A stretch of DNA of 64,000 bases from sequence record MT995927.1; one strand, given 5' to 3'. The notes beneath the pieces were generated by a model. That model had not been told where the DNA came from. It searched no databases and was given only the letters and a program-made list of their open reading frames with translations. Every line of letters starts with the position of its first letter. Position 1 is the first letter of the stretch. Below, piece after piece: positions 42,634 to 58,913 of the stretch. Position numbers and translations under genes: made by a program.

Positions 42634-43563
42634 ATGAGAATTATTGATTATGTACGTGAACTCGCACCAGTTACTGAACGTCGTGAACTATTAAATCAAA
42701 TCCGTTCATTACGTGAAGAATATGATGCAACTCTCGCACCAATTATTGACGATGTAGGTGAAGTATTTGGTAATATGCAACTTAAATCAGATTTAGGTAT
42801 GCGGTTATCTACTGAACTACGGCGAGCGATTAGTTTTAATACTGAACCGATTAAACTAGTACTGGATACTCTTTCAAATATTCGTGGTAGCTTTGATATG
42901 ATCGAAAGCGAAATCCGGCGTTTATTTGCTATTCAGTTTACTAACTCTAATCTAACCTTTGACCGTGCAAACATGTTACGTTTTGTTGATGGTCTTAGTT
43001 TCTATATTCGTTATGGCCGTAAACTACTACTAAATCTAATTGCACAAGAAGCAATGAAATTAGGTAAGGCTACTGAATTAAAATCATCTCGTGCTGAGAA
43101 AGAATGGCTATACACTAATATGGCGCAATTCATTACTCTGTATCCAGCAATGAGTCTTAAGACTAATGAACTGAAACAACGCTTAAGCCGTGCATCTAGT
43201 GCTGAAGTCAATGAAGGTACTTATGATGTAGCTGTGAGTGCTCTCTCTATAGCTCAACGTGATCCACTTAACATGGATGGCTTCTCACCTCGTCAGAACC
43301 CGTTCGTGCTATTTGGCAAGTTCTTAGCTGAGTATCAGGTTGAACGTTTTAAAGAAGCTGAGCAAGAATTCCTTGCACTTCAGCTACGTTTACAAGAAAT
43401 GCGGGAAATGCAAAGTAATGGTAAAGTGGATGCACGCCTACAGAAGCTTATTAAAGAGTATGAAATTCGTATCTCTGATTATAACTATCGCCTAGGTATG
43501 ATCCAAGATCGCGCATCTGAGTTCTTTGCTAACCATCGTGATCTACTATCTCTTGGTCACTAA
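42634..43563 (+). CDS. Internal head/inner-body protein (gp90-like)
   Basis: SD AAGGA; synteny. Confidence 0.7.
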   Translation: MRIIDYVRELAPVTERRELLNQIRSLREEYDATLAPIIDDVGEVFGNMQLKSDLGMRLSTELRRAISFNTEPIKLVLDTLSNIRGSFDMIESEIRRLFAIQFTNSNLTFDRANMLRFVDGLSFYIRYGRKLLLNLIAQEAMKLGKATELKSSRAEKEWLYTNMAQFITLYPAMSLKTNELKQRLSRASSAEVNEGTYDVAVSALSIAQRDPLNMDGFSPRQNPFVLFGKFLAEYQVERFKEAEQEFLALQLRLQEMREMQSNGKVDARLQKLIKEYEIRISDYNYRLGMIQDRASEFFANHRDLLSLGH

Positions 43564-43577
43564 TGGAGGGCATTGAT

Positions 43578-44108
43578 ATGCCAGCAACTAATGCTGTACG
43601 CCCATTTGGTCGTAATTACTCAGGTGGTCAACAACAGGCCATTTCACGGTTCACTGCTCGTCCCGGTGATCCTCAAGTTGAAGAACTATATCTTATCTTT
43701 ACCAACTTTCCTGCACAAACGGCATATTGGGAATTCCATAAGAAAGTCCTAGCTTGTGCTATCCGTCTTTTTAGCGGAAACTATAATTGGTTTATTCTAC
43801 AGGACAATAATAGTAATATCGATAGTTATAATTATCAATTCCTATTAGATACTGTTCGATACATTGCTACGGGTCATCGACGTATTTCAATTACCCAATG
43901 GCCAATGTTACTAGCTACTGAACCAGATGCTGGTGCACAACTCATTGAACCGCGCGCTGAAATTGCTACTCTCTTTAATGAGTTAAAATTAGATCTAGAT
44001 ACTGTTTCAATGATCCAGAATTGGGTTAAACACAAAAACGGTATGAATGATCTAATGTATACCCTACATCTACTATTTGGATCTGTAGAAGTAATAGATA
44101 AGGACTGA
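43578..44108 (+). CDS. Putative virion protein, ~176 aa (gp91-like)
   Basis: SD GGAGG before ATG 43578. Confidence 0.7.
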   Translation: MPATNAVRPFGRNYSGGQQQAISRFTARPGDPQVEELYLIFTNFPAQTAYWEFHKKVLACAIRLFSGNYNWFILQDNNSNIDSYNYQFLLDTVRYIATGHRRISITQWPMLLATEPDAGAQLIEPRAEIATLFNELKLDLDTVSMIQNWVKHKNGMNDLMYTLHLLFGSVEVIDKD

Positions 44109-44117
44109 GGACTATCT

Positions 44118-45440
44118 ATGACTAATAATTCACTTAGTCATTCGGTCTTACTTGAATCAATCGACGGGGACAGCCCCGTCGATATGATCGCTACATGCGA
44201 TGGATATCTAAAAGAATTATTGCCATCAATTGAAGATATTCAAAGTAGATTAGAATGCACTGAAAAAGACATTTTAGTTAAAACCTATACCGATGGCTTA
44301 TTTCAAAAATATGCAGATAACCAAGATGTTGTTAGTGAACACATTCTAAAAACTGAGAATGTATCATTAGAAGATCTATCTAAGACAGCACGAAATACCT
44401 GGGATGAAATGAAAAAATCCCAAGCAAAGCATCGAGATGAGTTAAAAGAGTATGCACGTGTTATTACACAAGGTAATCAACGTACTCTTGAACGAATAAA
44501 CATGCTTTTAGAAAGAGCTGAAAATATTAAGCATGAGCCATTTAAGCAAGAATTAAAATTTAAAAATACTAAACGATTTAGTATTGATGGTAAATTCGAA
44601 CCGACTACAGTTGATCCGATACTCATGCAAGTTAACAACTTGATAGCTTTCTATGATAAATCCCTACTCTTGTATATCCAATCTGTAGCTGATATCCTTA
44701 GGAAATTATCATTTGATGAAAAATGGACTGATAGAGCTGCACAAGACTTTAGTAAGTTTAATGTTAAGAACTGGATGAAGGGTGCAGTACCTATTAAGAA
44801 AGATGATAGATTTAGAGTAAGTTCTACAGTTTATCGTAGTATGCCAGTTCAAGGTAATAAGACTTTATTTGGCGCAGGGCCAACTGAAACACAGACTGAA
44901 GAGATCAGGGATTGGGATTTTTTAGTAAATACTGTCCGTGATTTTGCCTTTAAGTTTTATACTATTCCTACTATGAAGGATGCACCTGAAGGTAACAATA
45001 CCTTTAAGGTTAATGATACGAGTTCAATTGGAAGACGGTTAGTATTATTAAGCGAAATGGCTAAACGTATAGATGCTAGAAAAGATTATGCAACTAAACT
45101 AGATTTTGAATTTGGTAGGTTAATGCAGTTAGCCGAGACTAATCGTCAACAAGCTGGTAGGATTCGGGCACAACAATCTAATATGCGAAATCGTCAAGCA
45201 AAAGTTCAAGATCCTGATGCACCTGATGGCATCCCTGCTATCTCAAATATCATTAATTCAATTACATTAATGATCAATAATGTAAGTCGCGTTGTAACAG
45301 ATTTTAGTAATGCTCTTGCTGGTTTAGTCAGAGTAATGGGTCGACTAGTATTCGTGACCGAGTTAGAATTAAAAGCTTACCAGCGTCCAATTCAAAGACC
45401 TACGCAAGAACAAGTAAATAATCCCTCCCAGGTAAGGTAA
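44118..45440 (+). CDS. Internal head protein (gp92-like)
   Basis: S-x-E sites; synteny. Confidence 0.7.
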   Translation: MTNNSLSHSVLLESIDGDSPVDMIATCDGYLKELLPSIEDIQSRLECTEKDILVKTYTDGLFQKYADNQDVVSEHILKTENVSLEDLSKTARNTWDEMKKSQAKHRDELKEYARVITQGNQRTLERINMLLERAENIKHEPFKQELKFKNTKRFSIDGKFEPTTVDPILMQVNNLIAFYDKSLLLYIQSVADILRKLSFDEKWTDRAAQDFSKFNVKNWMKGAVPIKKDDRFRVSSTVYRSMPVQGNKTLFGAGPTETQTEEIRDWDFLVNTVRDFAFKFYTIPTMKDAPEGNNTFKVNDTSSIGRRLVLLSEMAKRIDARKDYATKLDFEFGRLMQLAETNRQQAGRIRAQQSNMRNRQAKVQDPDAPDGIPAISNIINSITLMINNVSRVVTDFSNALAGLVRVMGRLVFVTELELKAYQRPIQRPTQEQVNNPSQVR

Positions 45441-45445
45441 TTAAC

Positions 45446-46753
45446 ATGTCTCTACTTAAAATGCTAGACAAACTATCACTTGAATCAATTGAAGATCAAG
45501 GCACTACGATTCATGGTGATGTTGAATTAGTCGTTGAAAATAAAACTTCTGCTGATGTATCATCCGTTTTAGCAGAAGTAGATCAGATTGAAAATAATCC
45601 CGTAGAAGAAGTTCTTGATGCAGATGATGCTATTCAACCAACTGCATTAGATACTGAAGTAACTATTGTTCAAGCTGAAGATGAATTAGGGCTAATTGAA
45701 GATGCTAAAGAAGCACTTGAAAAGTTCCAAGGTCTTTTACTTCAAGCTGGTGAAGATGGTATCTCTCGACAAGCAGCTGCCTTCATGCATGTTGGCATGG
45801 AATCAATCGATCGTATCCTAGGTATTGAAAAATCTGGACTCACTGCCGCGCTTGAGAATTACGATGCTTCTCCACGCAGCGCTATTCAGAAAGCAGCTGT
45901 TATCTCTCTTGAGGATCTCAAAGAGAAACTAAAAGAAGCAGGTAAGAAAGCTTTAGAGATTATCAAGAAGATTGTTGCAATGATAAAGCAGAAGATTAAA
46001 GATTTTAATCCTAAGCTGATTGCACTCGATATGCGTATTACTAAAACTATTGATGCTATTAAATCACTCAAAGCCGGTGATCTAAAGAAAGAAGAGATTA
46101 AGTTCACTCCTTCTGAGTATATGGTATCTAGTAGTGGCTTTATTGCAAATAATCCGAAGACTATTGCAGACTTCATGACTGTATTCTCAACTCAGTATGT
46201 ATCTGCTCTTAGGAAATATGGCGAACTTGGAGTACGTTATCTCAAAGGTGACAAGTCTATTGATATTGATCAAGTCACCAGTGATTTACAAGCTAAGATG
46301 GCTGAAGATATTAATAAAGCCGTTGAGAAAGCTCCTGGTAATGTTAAGTTAGAAGTTACTTCTTCTAAGTCAGGTGTGAATAAGTGGGAAGTTGTTGAGG
46401 GTGATGGGGAAACGGATCTACATGAAGTTGAAGTTGATGTCCGTGCACCGAGTAAAATCTTAGCACATCTTAATATTCTTAAAGGTCTTGTTATTAAACT
46501 ACAGGACTTTAATAAGATTGATTACAAGATTGCTGAGAATCTTGAAAAGGCCCTAGCTGATTGGAATCCTGACGAAGCAGGCATGTCAAAAGAAACAGCG
46601 CGTGATGCACTGAATATTGGTGGTATTGATAATAGTGCACTAGTTAACTATATTGCTAAATGCATCGCTGCGCAGTATACATTTATTGTTAAACATGAAT
46701 TAGCTGCGTACGGCAAAGAAACTTCTAAAGCACCTGAGAATGATGAGAAGTAA
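45446..46753 (+). CDS. Internal head protein, phiKZ_IP paralog family (gp93-like)
   Basis: Family motif AGEDGISRQAAAFMH; SLE sites. Confidence 0.82.
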   Translation: MSLLKMLDKLSLESIEDQGTTIHGDVELVVENKTSADVSSVLAEVDQIENNPVEEVLDADDAIQPTALDTEVTIVQAEDELGLIEDAKEALEKFQGLLLQAGEDGISRQAAAFMHVGMESIDRILGIEKSGLTAALENYDASPRSAIQKAAVISLEDLKEKLKEAGKKALEIIKKIVAMIKQKIKDFNPKLIALDMRITKTIDAIKSLKAGDLKKEEIKFTPSEYMVSSSGFIANNPKTIADFMTVFSTQYVSALRKYGELGVRYLKGDKSIDIDQVTSDLQAKMAEDINKAVEKAPGNVKLEVTSSKSGVNKWEVVEGDGETDLHEVEVDVRAPSKILAHLNILKGLVIKLQDFNKIDYKIAENLEKALADWNPDEAGMSKETARDALNIGGIDNSALVNYIAKCIAAQYTFIVKHELAAYGKETSKAPENDEK

Positions 46754-46757
46754 CAAA

Positions 46758-46790
46758 CATAATGAGGAACCCTTCGGGGTTCCTCTTATG
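46758..46790 (+). terminator. CATAA-hairpin-TTATG element
   Basis: GAGGAACCC-TTCG-GGGTTCCTC. Confidence 0.8.
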
Positions 46791-46822
46791 CTATGTAATT
46801 AAGTATTCTTGAGGAATTGTAA

Positions 46823-48340
46823 ATGAACTTAAATAAGTTACTTGATAGTTTAGAAGGTTATGGTGTTGTCGAAGTAAAAGAAAAAGTCGCGAAAGCCAAA
46901 CTAAAGCACGCTGCTACAGACGACAAGCAAATATCTAAAGAACCAGAAGAAGCTGCCAAATTAATTGATGAATTACCAAATGATGTAAAAGCAACTAATA
47001 ATGGGTTAGATGTTGAAGAAGCACATAAACCTAATATCCATTGGAAATCAGATCGTGGTTTAGTTACTGAAGTTGATTCATTTGGTAAAACATACGTCGC
47101 ATCAGAAGAATATCCAGCATCACCCCATGATACCCGAGAAAGTCCTGATAATAGACCTACACCAGTGGATGGTAAAGATTTAGATAGTGATGATGATCAT
47201 TTAAATATCTTTGCGTATGATACACCTCCATCTCAAAACATGACATATCAGCTAAATCAATTACTGCATGCGCGTACTAGTTTAGAATGTTTTATAGATT
47301 TATTAAATACCGCTGGTGATAGAGGTATTACTAAACAATCAGCTGCTTTTATGCACGTTACATTAGAATCAATTGATAAGCTTATCGGCTTTGAAAAGAT
47401 TAGTATTGAAGATTTTAATGCAACCCCTAGCAGCGCTATGCGTTTTGTAAATATTTCTCAAGAAGAAATAAAAGAACGTATTGAAAGTATAGGTAAAAAG
47501 ATACTTGCTTTAATAGTCCATGTTATTGAACAAGCTAAAGTAGCGGCACAGCGTGTACTAACTGGAATCAAATCAGTTGAAGATAAAACTGATGAGTTAA
47601 TTGAAAAAGCGAAAAGTTTAATCAATAAGCCAACTGTATCAAATGAAAGGGTAACACCTGATTTTGATATGTCAATTAAAATTGACAATCCTAAAATGTT
47701 ATTCATTGGTGATGAATTTGTTTTAGACGATTTAACTAATGAAACAAAAGTTAGTCAATTTCTAGCTAAAGAATGGCCAAATATAGCTAGATCAAACATT
47801 GATAAAGTAGTTAAATTAATTAAAGACTACGACTTAGAAGATAATGAACTAGATAAGTTTAAAGAGGCTTTTGAATTTATTGGTGAAGCTAATCAGTTAG
47901 ATAAAGTAAAAGATACTTCTCTACCTGGTAATAGTAAACTTATATTCCAGAAAGATAAATATGCTCCACGACTTGGTGAAGATAAACATGGTGATGGTCC
48001 AGATACAATCACGATCGAGCCAAGGCCGCCTGTTGAAGTGCGTAAAACATTAGAAGTTAATAAAGAAGCTATTCGTCGTTTAGGTGATCTATTTAAAGCT
48101 GAAAAAGATGTCCTTGAACAACTGAAGAAGGTTGCACAGGGCATTGAGGACATGGAGCTACGTAGGTCTAAAGCTATTTGGAAAGGTGCTCGTGATGATG
48201 CAAATGAGATTATATCTTTAGTTAATGGCTTTATTACCGATATGTCACCAGAATACGCAACACTAATTAGTTACCTATTACGTATTGCAAAGCAACGAAA
48301 TGCTGTTTGTAATATGGAATTAGAAAGATATGGCCAATAA
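46823..48340 (+). CDS. Internal head protein paralog (gp94-like)
   Basis: AGDRGITKQSAAFMH; N-terminal DSLE. Confidence 0.82.
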   Translation: MNLNKLLDSLEGYGVVEVKEKVAKAKLKHAATDDKQISKEPEEAAKLIDELPNDVKATNNGLDVEEAHKPNIHWKSDRGLVTEVDSFGKTYVASEEYPASPHDTRESPDNRPTPVDGKDLDSDDDHLNIFAYDTPPSQNMTYQLNQLLHARTSLECFIDLLNTAGDRGITKQSAAFMHVTLESIDKLIGFEKISIEDFNATPSSAMRFVNISQEEIKERIESIGKKILALIVHVIEQAKVAAQRVLTGIKSVEDKTDELIEKAKSLINKPTVSNERVTPDFDMSIKIDNPKMLFIGDEFVLDDLTNETKVSQFLAKEWPNIARSNIDKVVKLIKDYDLEDNELDKFKEAFEFIGEANQLDKVKDTSLPGNSKLIFQKDKYAPRLGEDKHGDGPDTITIEPRPPVEVRKTLEVNKEAIRRLGDLFKAEKDVLEQLKKVAQGIEDMELRRSKAIWKGARDDANEIISLVNGFITDMSPEYATLISYLLRIAKQRNAVCNMELERYGQ

Positions 48341-48427
48341 ATATATCTAAGTGTTCATTTTTATCTAAGTACCTAATTCTATGGTTTATTGTTAAACGCG
48401 CGCAAAGAAATTCCTTGAGGAAATAAC

Positions 48428-50071
48428 ATGACATTTAAACTCAATGAGTATCTAGATAGTCTAGAAGACTATACTGAGGTACCTATTCCTGAAACAGCAG
48501 TTGATAAAGTAGCAGCCATGACTAGTGGCGATTGCACTTCTGAAGACACTGTACCTGAAAATACTATTCAAGATGTAGCTGACAATAAAGTTGGTGTTAC
48601 ACCAACTACACCGGTGGATGCAGATACCACTATTGTTAATACGCCTAATAATGGCGTTATTGTTGAGACTCCAGCTGCTACTCTCGTTGAACAACCTGCT
48701 GTACCAGTTACCGTAGTTGAAACAGATGTAGTAACAGAAGTACCCCCTATTCCTGAACAACCTAATGTTGCTGTTGAAACAGTTATTCCAGCAGGTGCCG
48801 AAGGAGAGGATCCACAAGGTGGTGAAACAGTAACTCAGCAAATCGCTGACCAGGCTGCCAAAGATAGTTCTATTCCACTAGCACATAATGGCGTGGTACC
48901 ACAGATCGCTGTTGCAGTAGATATGGATAAACCTACTGATTTCATGGACATTGGTAATGCACAAGTAGTTACTACAGCAGTGCAAGATATCAATCAAGGT
49001 CTAAATACCGCATATGCCCTAGAGTCAATTAAAGCTCTTGTTCGACAAGCTGGTGTAAATGGTATCAGTCAAAGTACAGCTGCATTTATTCATTCTGCAC
49101 TCTTACCACATCGTCATGTACTTGGTGATAATACTTTAACTAGCTCATTAGAAAACTATACGACTGGTGGTAAAAGTCATTTATATCCAGTTAAGATTTC
49201 AACTGAGGATATTAAAGAGTTAAGTCGTAAGGCGCTTGCTTATATCAAGAAAGCTATTGCTAAACTACGTGAAATTATTAGCCACGTATGGGATAGTCTT
49301 AAGAATAGTGTACCGCGTGTGAGCGTAAAAGTTGATGAACTCATTTTAGCTATCCAAAATGCTAAGTTTGAAAATATACCCAGTGAATTAACGGTTCCTG
49401 TTAAAAATGGTGGACCCGTATTTGCTAATGGTAAATTCATTCAGCCTTCAGCTAACGTTGGATATGGCCCTATTGTTAAATGGATGGCATCTGTATATGC
49501 AAAAGACTATGCTACATACCTAACGAATATTGGCACTGTGCTTAAAGCTTGGGATCCAGAGCGTAATGATGCTAGCGAACTAGTTGAGAAGATGGACAAA
49601 CTTCAAGATGGGCCTCTCAAACACTACGCTAGTACATCTAACACTTTACCGGGTAATAAGCTTGTAACTACGACTGCTACTCAAGTATATCTAACGGATG
49701 ATGAGACAGCCGCAGAACCTGGCGCTGAAGTGACTTTAAAGAACTTTGATAAGAGTCAAGCTAAGAAAGAAGCAGTAGCTCTACGTAATCTGGTTGATGA
49801 TGCAGCTAATGTTATCACTGGCGGACGGAACATTGTTAAAGCCATTAAGCAACTTGAAGATGATGTTGATCAACTTTCACGGAAACTAGAGAGTGATAAA
49901 ATCGACGATGTTTCTAAAGAACAGATCGAAGAAGTATCACGTAAGGTAGCATCTATTATTACAGATAGTGCACCTAAACATGACTCCATTATTCGTGAAG
50001 CAATGCGTTACGCAAATACTGCAACTGGACTTTATAATAGTGTAATTAACACTAAATTCCAAGCAGAATAA
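48428..50071 (+). CDS. Internal head protein paralog (gp95-like)
   Basis: AGVNGISQSTAAFIH; acidic T/V/P-rich propeptide. Confidence 0.82.
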   Translation: MTFKLNEYLDSLEDYTEVPIPETAVDKVAAMTSGDCTSEDTVPENTIQDVADNKVGVTPTTPVDADTTIVNTPNNGVIVETPAATLVEQPAVPVTVVETDVVTEVPPIPEQPNVAVETVIPAGAEGEDPQGGETVTQQIADQAAKDSSIPLAHNGVVPQIAVAVDMDKPTDFMDIGNAQVVTTAVQDINQGLNTAYALESIKALVRQAGVNGISQSTAAFIHSALLPHRHVLGDNTLTSSLENYTTGGKSHLYPVKISTEDIKELSRKALAYIKKAIAKLREIISHVWDSLKNSVPRVSVKVDELILAIQNAKFENIPSELTVPVKNGGPVFANGKFIQPSANVGYGPIVKWMASVYAKDYATYLTNIGTVLKAWDPERNDASELVEKMDKLQDGPLKHYASTSNTLPGNKLVTTTATQVYLTDDETAAEPGAEVTLKNFDKSQAKKEAVALRNLVDDAANVITGGRNIVKAIKQLEDDVDQLSRKLESDKIDDVSKEQIEEVSRKVASIITDSAPKHDSIIREAMRYANTATGLYNSVINTKFQAE

Positions 50072-50084
50072 TGATAGGTGACGA

Positions 50085-50119
50085 CATATTGACGGGGCTC
50101 GGAAGAGTCCCGTCTTATG
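50085..50119 (+). terminator. CATA-hairpin-TTATG element
   Basis: GACGGGGCTC-GGAA-GAGTCCCGTC. Confidence 0.8.
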
Positions 50120-50132
50120 TTAGGAGTTAGCA

Positions 50133-51248
50133 ATGGAATTAATTGATATTTATAAAGATACACCAGATGAAATGATTATTGATCTTGATGAACCTAAAAG
50201 ACTTGCAGATTTATTATCAGGCGATGAAGCATTAGCTAGGCGAGTGATGGATCTATTAGGTGGTATGGAAGATTATAATCAGATCCAAGGGGTTATCAAA
50301 GAATTAGAGGATGTGGTATCTACTGAAGATATTAGTGATACTATTAAACATGTCATTGATCGAGTTATTAAACTATTTGTCACCACTATTGAGAAACTAA
50401 TGGATAGTGGAGTAGTATTAGCAGCTACAGCTGAATATGTTGCAATTCGAGCAGAAAACTTACGAGTTAACAGTCGTGCTAGAACTCGTAAAAATAAGAA
50501 TCCTACATTCCTAATTACAACCCGTATTCAGAACTTAAGTGTTAGATATAAACCCATTACCAATAGTGCTAATTTGTTATCTCACTTACGCGTATTGGAG
50601 ACAGTAGTTGATGGGTATATCAATGGATTAGACAATGTGATTCTAAGGCCAGCTAATATCATACCTTCGTATATGAATCCAAATGCTAGTCCAGATGCTT
50701 TAGCAGAACTACTATTAAATAGTGCCCCAACTAAAATAACCACACCATCTGTTTATCGCGATCAAGGTAATCGATTTGTATCATTGCATTTGCTAGGTAA
50801 TCATCAAATTGTAATTAACTATAATCCCGATAAGAATGCAAGTGCTTATGATCAGTGTAGGGATATTTCTTCACGGTTAGTTCCATCTGAAGAAACCCCT
50901 AGACCACTACCAGTCGAAATAGAATTTGAACATTTCAACCATCAAGTTACTGAAAGTATTATTGATCGAGTTGTTAAGGTAGTTGATAAGATCAATCGTG
51001 CAAATGCTGCATCAATGCGTACTCGTCGAAATGAACGGTTAAGGACTCTTAAAGGTGCATTAATCAGGTTTAGAGATGAACTAACACGTGCTCGTAATGA
51101 AGGGCGACCTGATAGAGAAATACAAGAACTTGTTTCATTGGTAGAAACATATGTTGATTGGTTGGCTATTCCTTATCACGACCTATTTAAATTAACATGT
51201 CGTAATTTGACTGCCATACTCAATGTATGCGATGAAAATCTAAAGTAA
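50133..51248 (+). CDS. Internal head protein (gp96-like)
   Basis: SD AGGAG; GME/STE sites; synteny. Confidence 0.7.
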   Translation: MELIDIYKDTPDEMIIDLDEPKRLADLLSGDEALARRVMDLLGGMEDYNQIQGVIKELEDVVSTEDISDTIKHVIDRVIKLFVTTIEKLMDSGVVLAATAEYVAIRAENLRVNSRARTRKNKNPTFLITTRIQNLSVRYKPITNSANLLSHLRVLETVVDGYINGLDNVILRPANIIPSYMNPNASPDALAELLLNSAPTKITTPSVYRDQGNRFVSLHLLGNHQIVINYNPDKNASAYDQCRDISSRLVPSEETPRPLPVEIEFEHFNHQVTESIIDRVVKVVDKINRANAASMRTRRNERLRTLKGALIRFRDELTRARNEGRPDREIQELVSLVETYVDWLAIPYHDLFKLTCRNLTAILNVCDENLK

Positions 51249-51347
51249 GATTCCAGCGCAATATTTTGAATGTTAACGTTCGTCGCTTGGAGTTATGACT
51301 AAGACGAATAGCATAACTCATAAACTCTGTACAGAAGGTATATTAAC

Positions 51348-53798
51348 ATGATGGTAAATATTCACAAATATGTAGCCAGCCTTGAGAACCAAGATGGTAC
51401 GGCTGTGGAACAGGATGTATCCAAAGTCGAGACATCTGTTAAAGATGATCATGAACTAGTTCAAGATTTAAAGAAAGATAATGATGCATCTGCAACTATT
51501 GAGAATGAAACTGTTAAAACAGATACTGATATTATCTCTGCTGAAGAACATGAAGAAACAGCACATGCTGCTGATAAGTCAGCAGTAATTGTTGAAGAAG
51601 TTGTACCAGAAGAAACTGTTGTTGAGGAAAGTATTCCTGAACCGCTAGCTACCACTAGTGTCGAAGAAGGCGAAGAAGCAGTTAAAGTTGCTGAAGCTGA
51701 AATCGCTGAAGAAATCGGTACAATTTCTGAAGGCGGTAAAGAGGTTTTAGATTCAACCACTGAAATTATTGAAGCTGCACAAGATGCGGCTGATGATACT
51801 GAACTAGTGCCTGTTGCAGAAGCACCTGGTGAAACAGCAGTGGAATTAACTCCCACTGAAGAAACCCCACTTGGTGACGAAACTCCGCCACCTGCACCAC
51901 TATCTGAAGAACTCCCAGCTGGTGATGAACCCGTGTCATCTACTATGGATACACTACCGGATGAAGTATTAGATGCTGGTGAAGTTGTAAGCGAAGCAGT
52001 TCCTGGTATCGATGATGATGTGACACCGGAAGAAGCCGGTGCTGAACAGACAACTGCTGATGAAAGTTCCAATGATGAACCTGATGTAGAGATTACTGAA
52101 ACTGAAGAAGTCGATGTTACTGAACCAGCTGTAGCTGATGCTGAAACAGAAGTTGTTGAAACCGTGGAAGACACGCCGGATACAACTGATAGTGAAGTAG
52201 CTGAAGTAGTAGAGACGGAATCTGAAAGTATCCCTGCTGAAGCTGAACCGGATGAAATCGTAGCAGTTGATGAAGAAGTAGCTGTAACTGATTCAATTGT
52301 AGAAGAAGCTGCCGAAACAGCAGAAGTAGCTGAAGACGGCTTAAGCGAATTGGAAGAAGTTCGGGATGAAGCTGAAGAAGAATTAACTAATGATGACAGT
52401 GATTCTACTGATGTATTAATTAATGAAGCTGAAACTGAAGAAACAGTTGCTGAAACTGAAACAGCATCTACTATTGCTGAACCAACAATTGAAGAAGGTG
52501 CCATTGAAGACGACAGTGAAACAATTGTTGCAGAAACAGACGATGATGTTTCAGAAGATGACATCGAAGAAAAGTTAGCTGAAGGTGAAATTGATATTCC
52601 AGATGTCGATGTAGAAGTAACTGAAGACGATGTGGAAGAAGCTGACGAGGCTGCCGATGAGGCAGTTGAAGAAGCTGATAAGCTTGAAGATGATATTGAA
52701 GATAGTAAGAAAACCATTGGTCAATTACTTGAAGAGCAGGCATCAAATGAATCAATGCTTGAGATTCTGCATTATGGACTAGAACATAAGCAGTATAGCC
52801 CTCAGTTCATCGTTCATGCTAATAGCTGCTTAGAACGTCTACACAATGCCTTTGATGTCTATTCACCTGGTATTCCAGCAATGGAAGATTATGGTTATGG
52901 TAATCTAGAAGATTACTATAAGGCGATGGTTACTTCACTAGAATCATTTAATAGCACTATTGGTAAGTTTGTTCGAAATATTATCGACAATATTGCTGAA
53001 GGTGCAAATGCATCCATCCATGTTAAAGCTAACCAAAAAGAACTCGCCGCAGCTAATACTAAAGCTGACCAACTTCTAGTTAAGCTTAAAGACACTGATA
53101 ATTTTGAAAGTAAAGAAATCAAAATTAATGGTATTCTAAAAGGTGATGATAATCTAGTGCGTGGTGTTGCTGGAGAGGTTCGTCGTATTAGCGATATTAT
53201 TAACAAATGCTTTAAAATCGATGGTGAATACATCGAACGTTTAGTTGGTCATCTAGCAACTGCTATTGAAGCTGATAGTGAAGAAGCTATTGATAAGGCT
53301 CTAGAAGAAGCAACTAAATTAGAAGTACCTGTTAAGAAATATCCTGAAAGCGCATTCATTAGTGGAAAACTAGATGGTAGTTTTGTATTTGAGCGATCTG
53401 GCCGTGATGTCACTGGTCGAACCAGTAAAGATATTGAACGACTAGCAGCTATTGCACTTCCAACTGGTGAATGGGGTGCTACCGGCACTGGTACTGCTAA
53501 AGTTAACCGTAAAGACGTTACTGAACTAATGAAACTTTCTAAAGTTCTAATTGGTCTTGGTAATGCCTCTCTAAAAGTTAGCGGTAATCGTGGTGTACGT
53601 CGTCTTGACCAAGCTAACCGTGATATCTCTAAAGTGGCTAGCATGGATAGTAAAGCCGGTAAAAAGAAAGTCCGGCAACTAGCTGGCGCAGTATGGGAAG
53701 TTGTTGGCCAATCGGCTGAAAACCACACCATTCTAGTTGATTACATTGTAGCTCTTACCAATGCAATTAACACTGCTGTGAATCGTGCCATTAAGTAA
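51348..53798 (+). CDS. Internal head protein with a very long acidic propeptide (gp97-like)
   Basis: N-terminal ~460 aa strongly D/E-rich; AME/SLE sites before the C-terminal domain. Confidence 0.8.
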   Translation: MMVNIHKYVASLENQDGTAVEQDVSKVETSVKDDHELVQDLKKDNDASATIENETVKTDTDIISAEEHEETAHAADKSAVIVEEVVPEETVVEESIPEPLATTSVEEGEEAVKVAEAEIAEEIGTISEGGKEVLDSTTEIIEAAQDAADDTELVPVAEAPGETAVELTPTEETPLGDETPPPAPLSEELPAGDEPVSSTMDTLPDEVLDAGEVVSEAVPGIDDDVTPEEAGAEQTTADESSNDEPDVEITETEEVDVTEPAVADAETEVVETVEDTPDTTDSEVAEVVETESESIPAEAEPDEIVAVDEEVAVTDSIVEEAAETAEVAEDGLSELEEVRDEAEEELTNDDSDSTDVLINEAETEETVAETETASTIAEPTIEEGAIEDDSETIVAETDDDVSEDDIEEKLAEGEIDIPDVDVEVTEDDVEEADEAADEAVEEADKLEDDIEDSKKTIGQLLEEQASNESMLEILHYGLEHKQYSPQFIVHANSCLERLHNAFDVYSPGIPAMEDYGYGNLEDYYKAMVTSLESFNSTIGKFVRNIIDNIAEGANASIHVKANQKELAAANTKADQLLVKLKDTDNFESKEIKINGILKGDDNLVRGVAGEVRRISDIINKCFKIDGEYIERLVGHLATAIEADSEEAIDKALEEATKLEVPVKKYPESAFISGKLDGSFVFERSGRDVTGRTSKDIERLAAIALPTGEWGATGTGTAKVNRKDVTELMKLSKVLIGLGNASLKVSGNRGVRRLDQANRDISKVASMDSKAGKKKVRQLAGAVWEVVGQSAENHTILVDYIVALTNAINTAVNRAIK

Positions 53799-53802
53799 CA
53801 AA

Positions 53803-53835
53803 CATAACGGGGAGCCTTAATGGCTCCCTTTTATG
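53803..53835 (+). terminator. CATAA-hairpin-TTATG element
   Basis: GGGAGCC-TTAAT-GGCTCCC followed by TTTTATG. Confidence 0.8.
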
Positions 53836-53863
53836 CTGTTAGACCATGATCTTATGATCTTAA

Positions 53864-56919
<3,056 letters not shown>

Positions 56920-56923
56920 TACC

Positions 56924-58903
<1,980 letters not shown>

Positions 58904-58913
58904 TAGGTGTATT

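Noticed and set aside
51461-52717. 418-aa Ser-rich minus-strand ORF
   Set aside because: It is the antisense shadow of the GAA/GAT-rich acidic region of the gp97-like gene, which rarely yields stops on the opposite strand.
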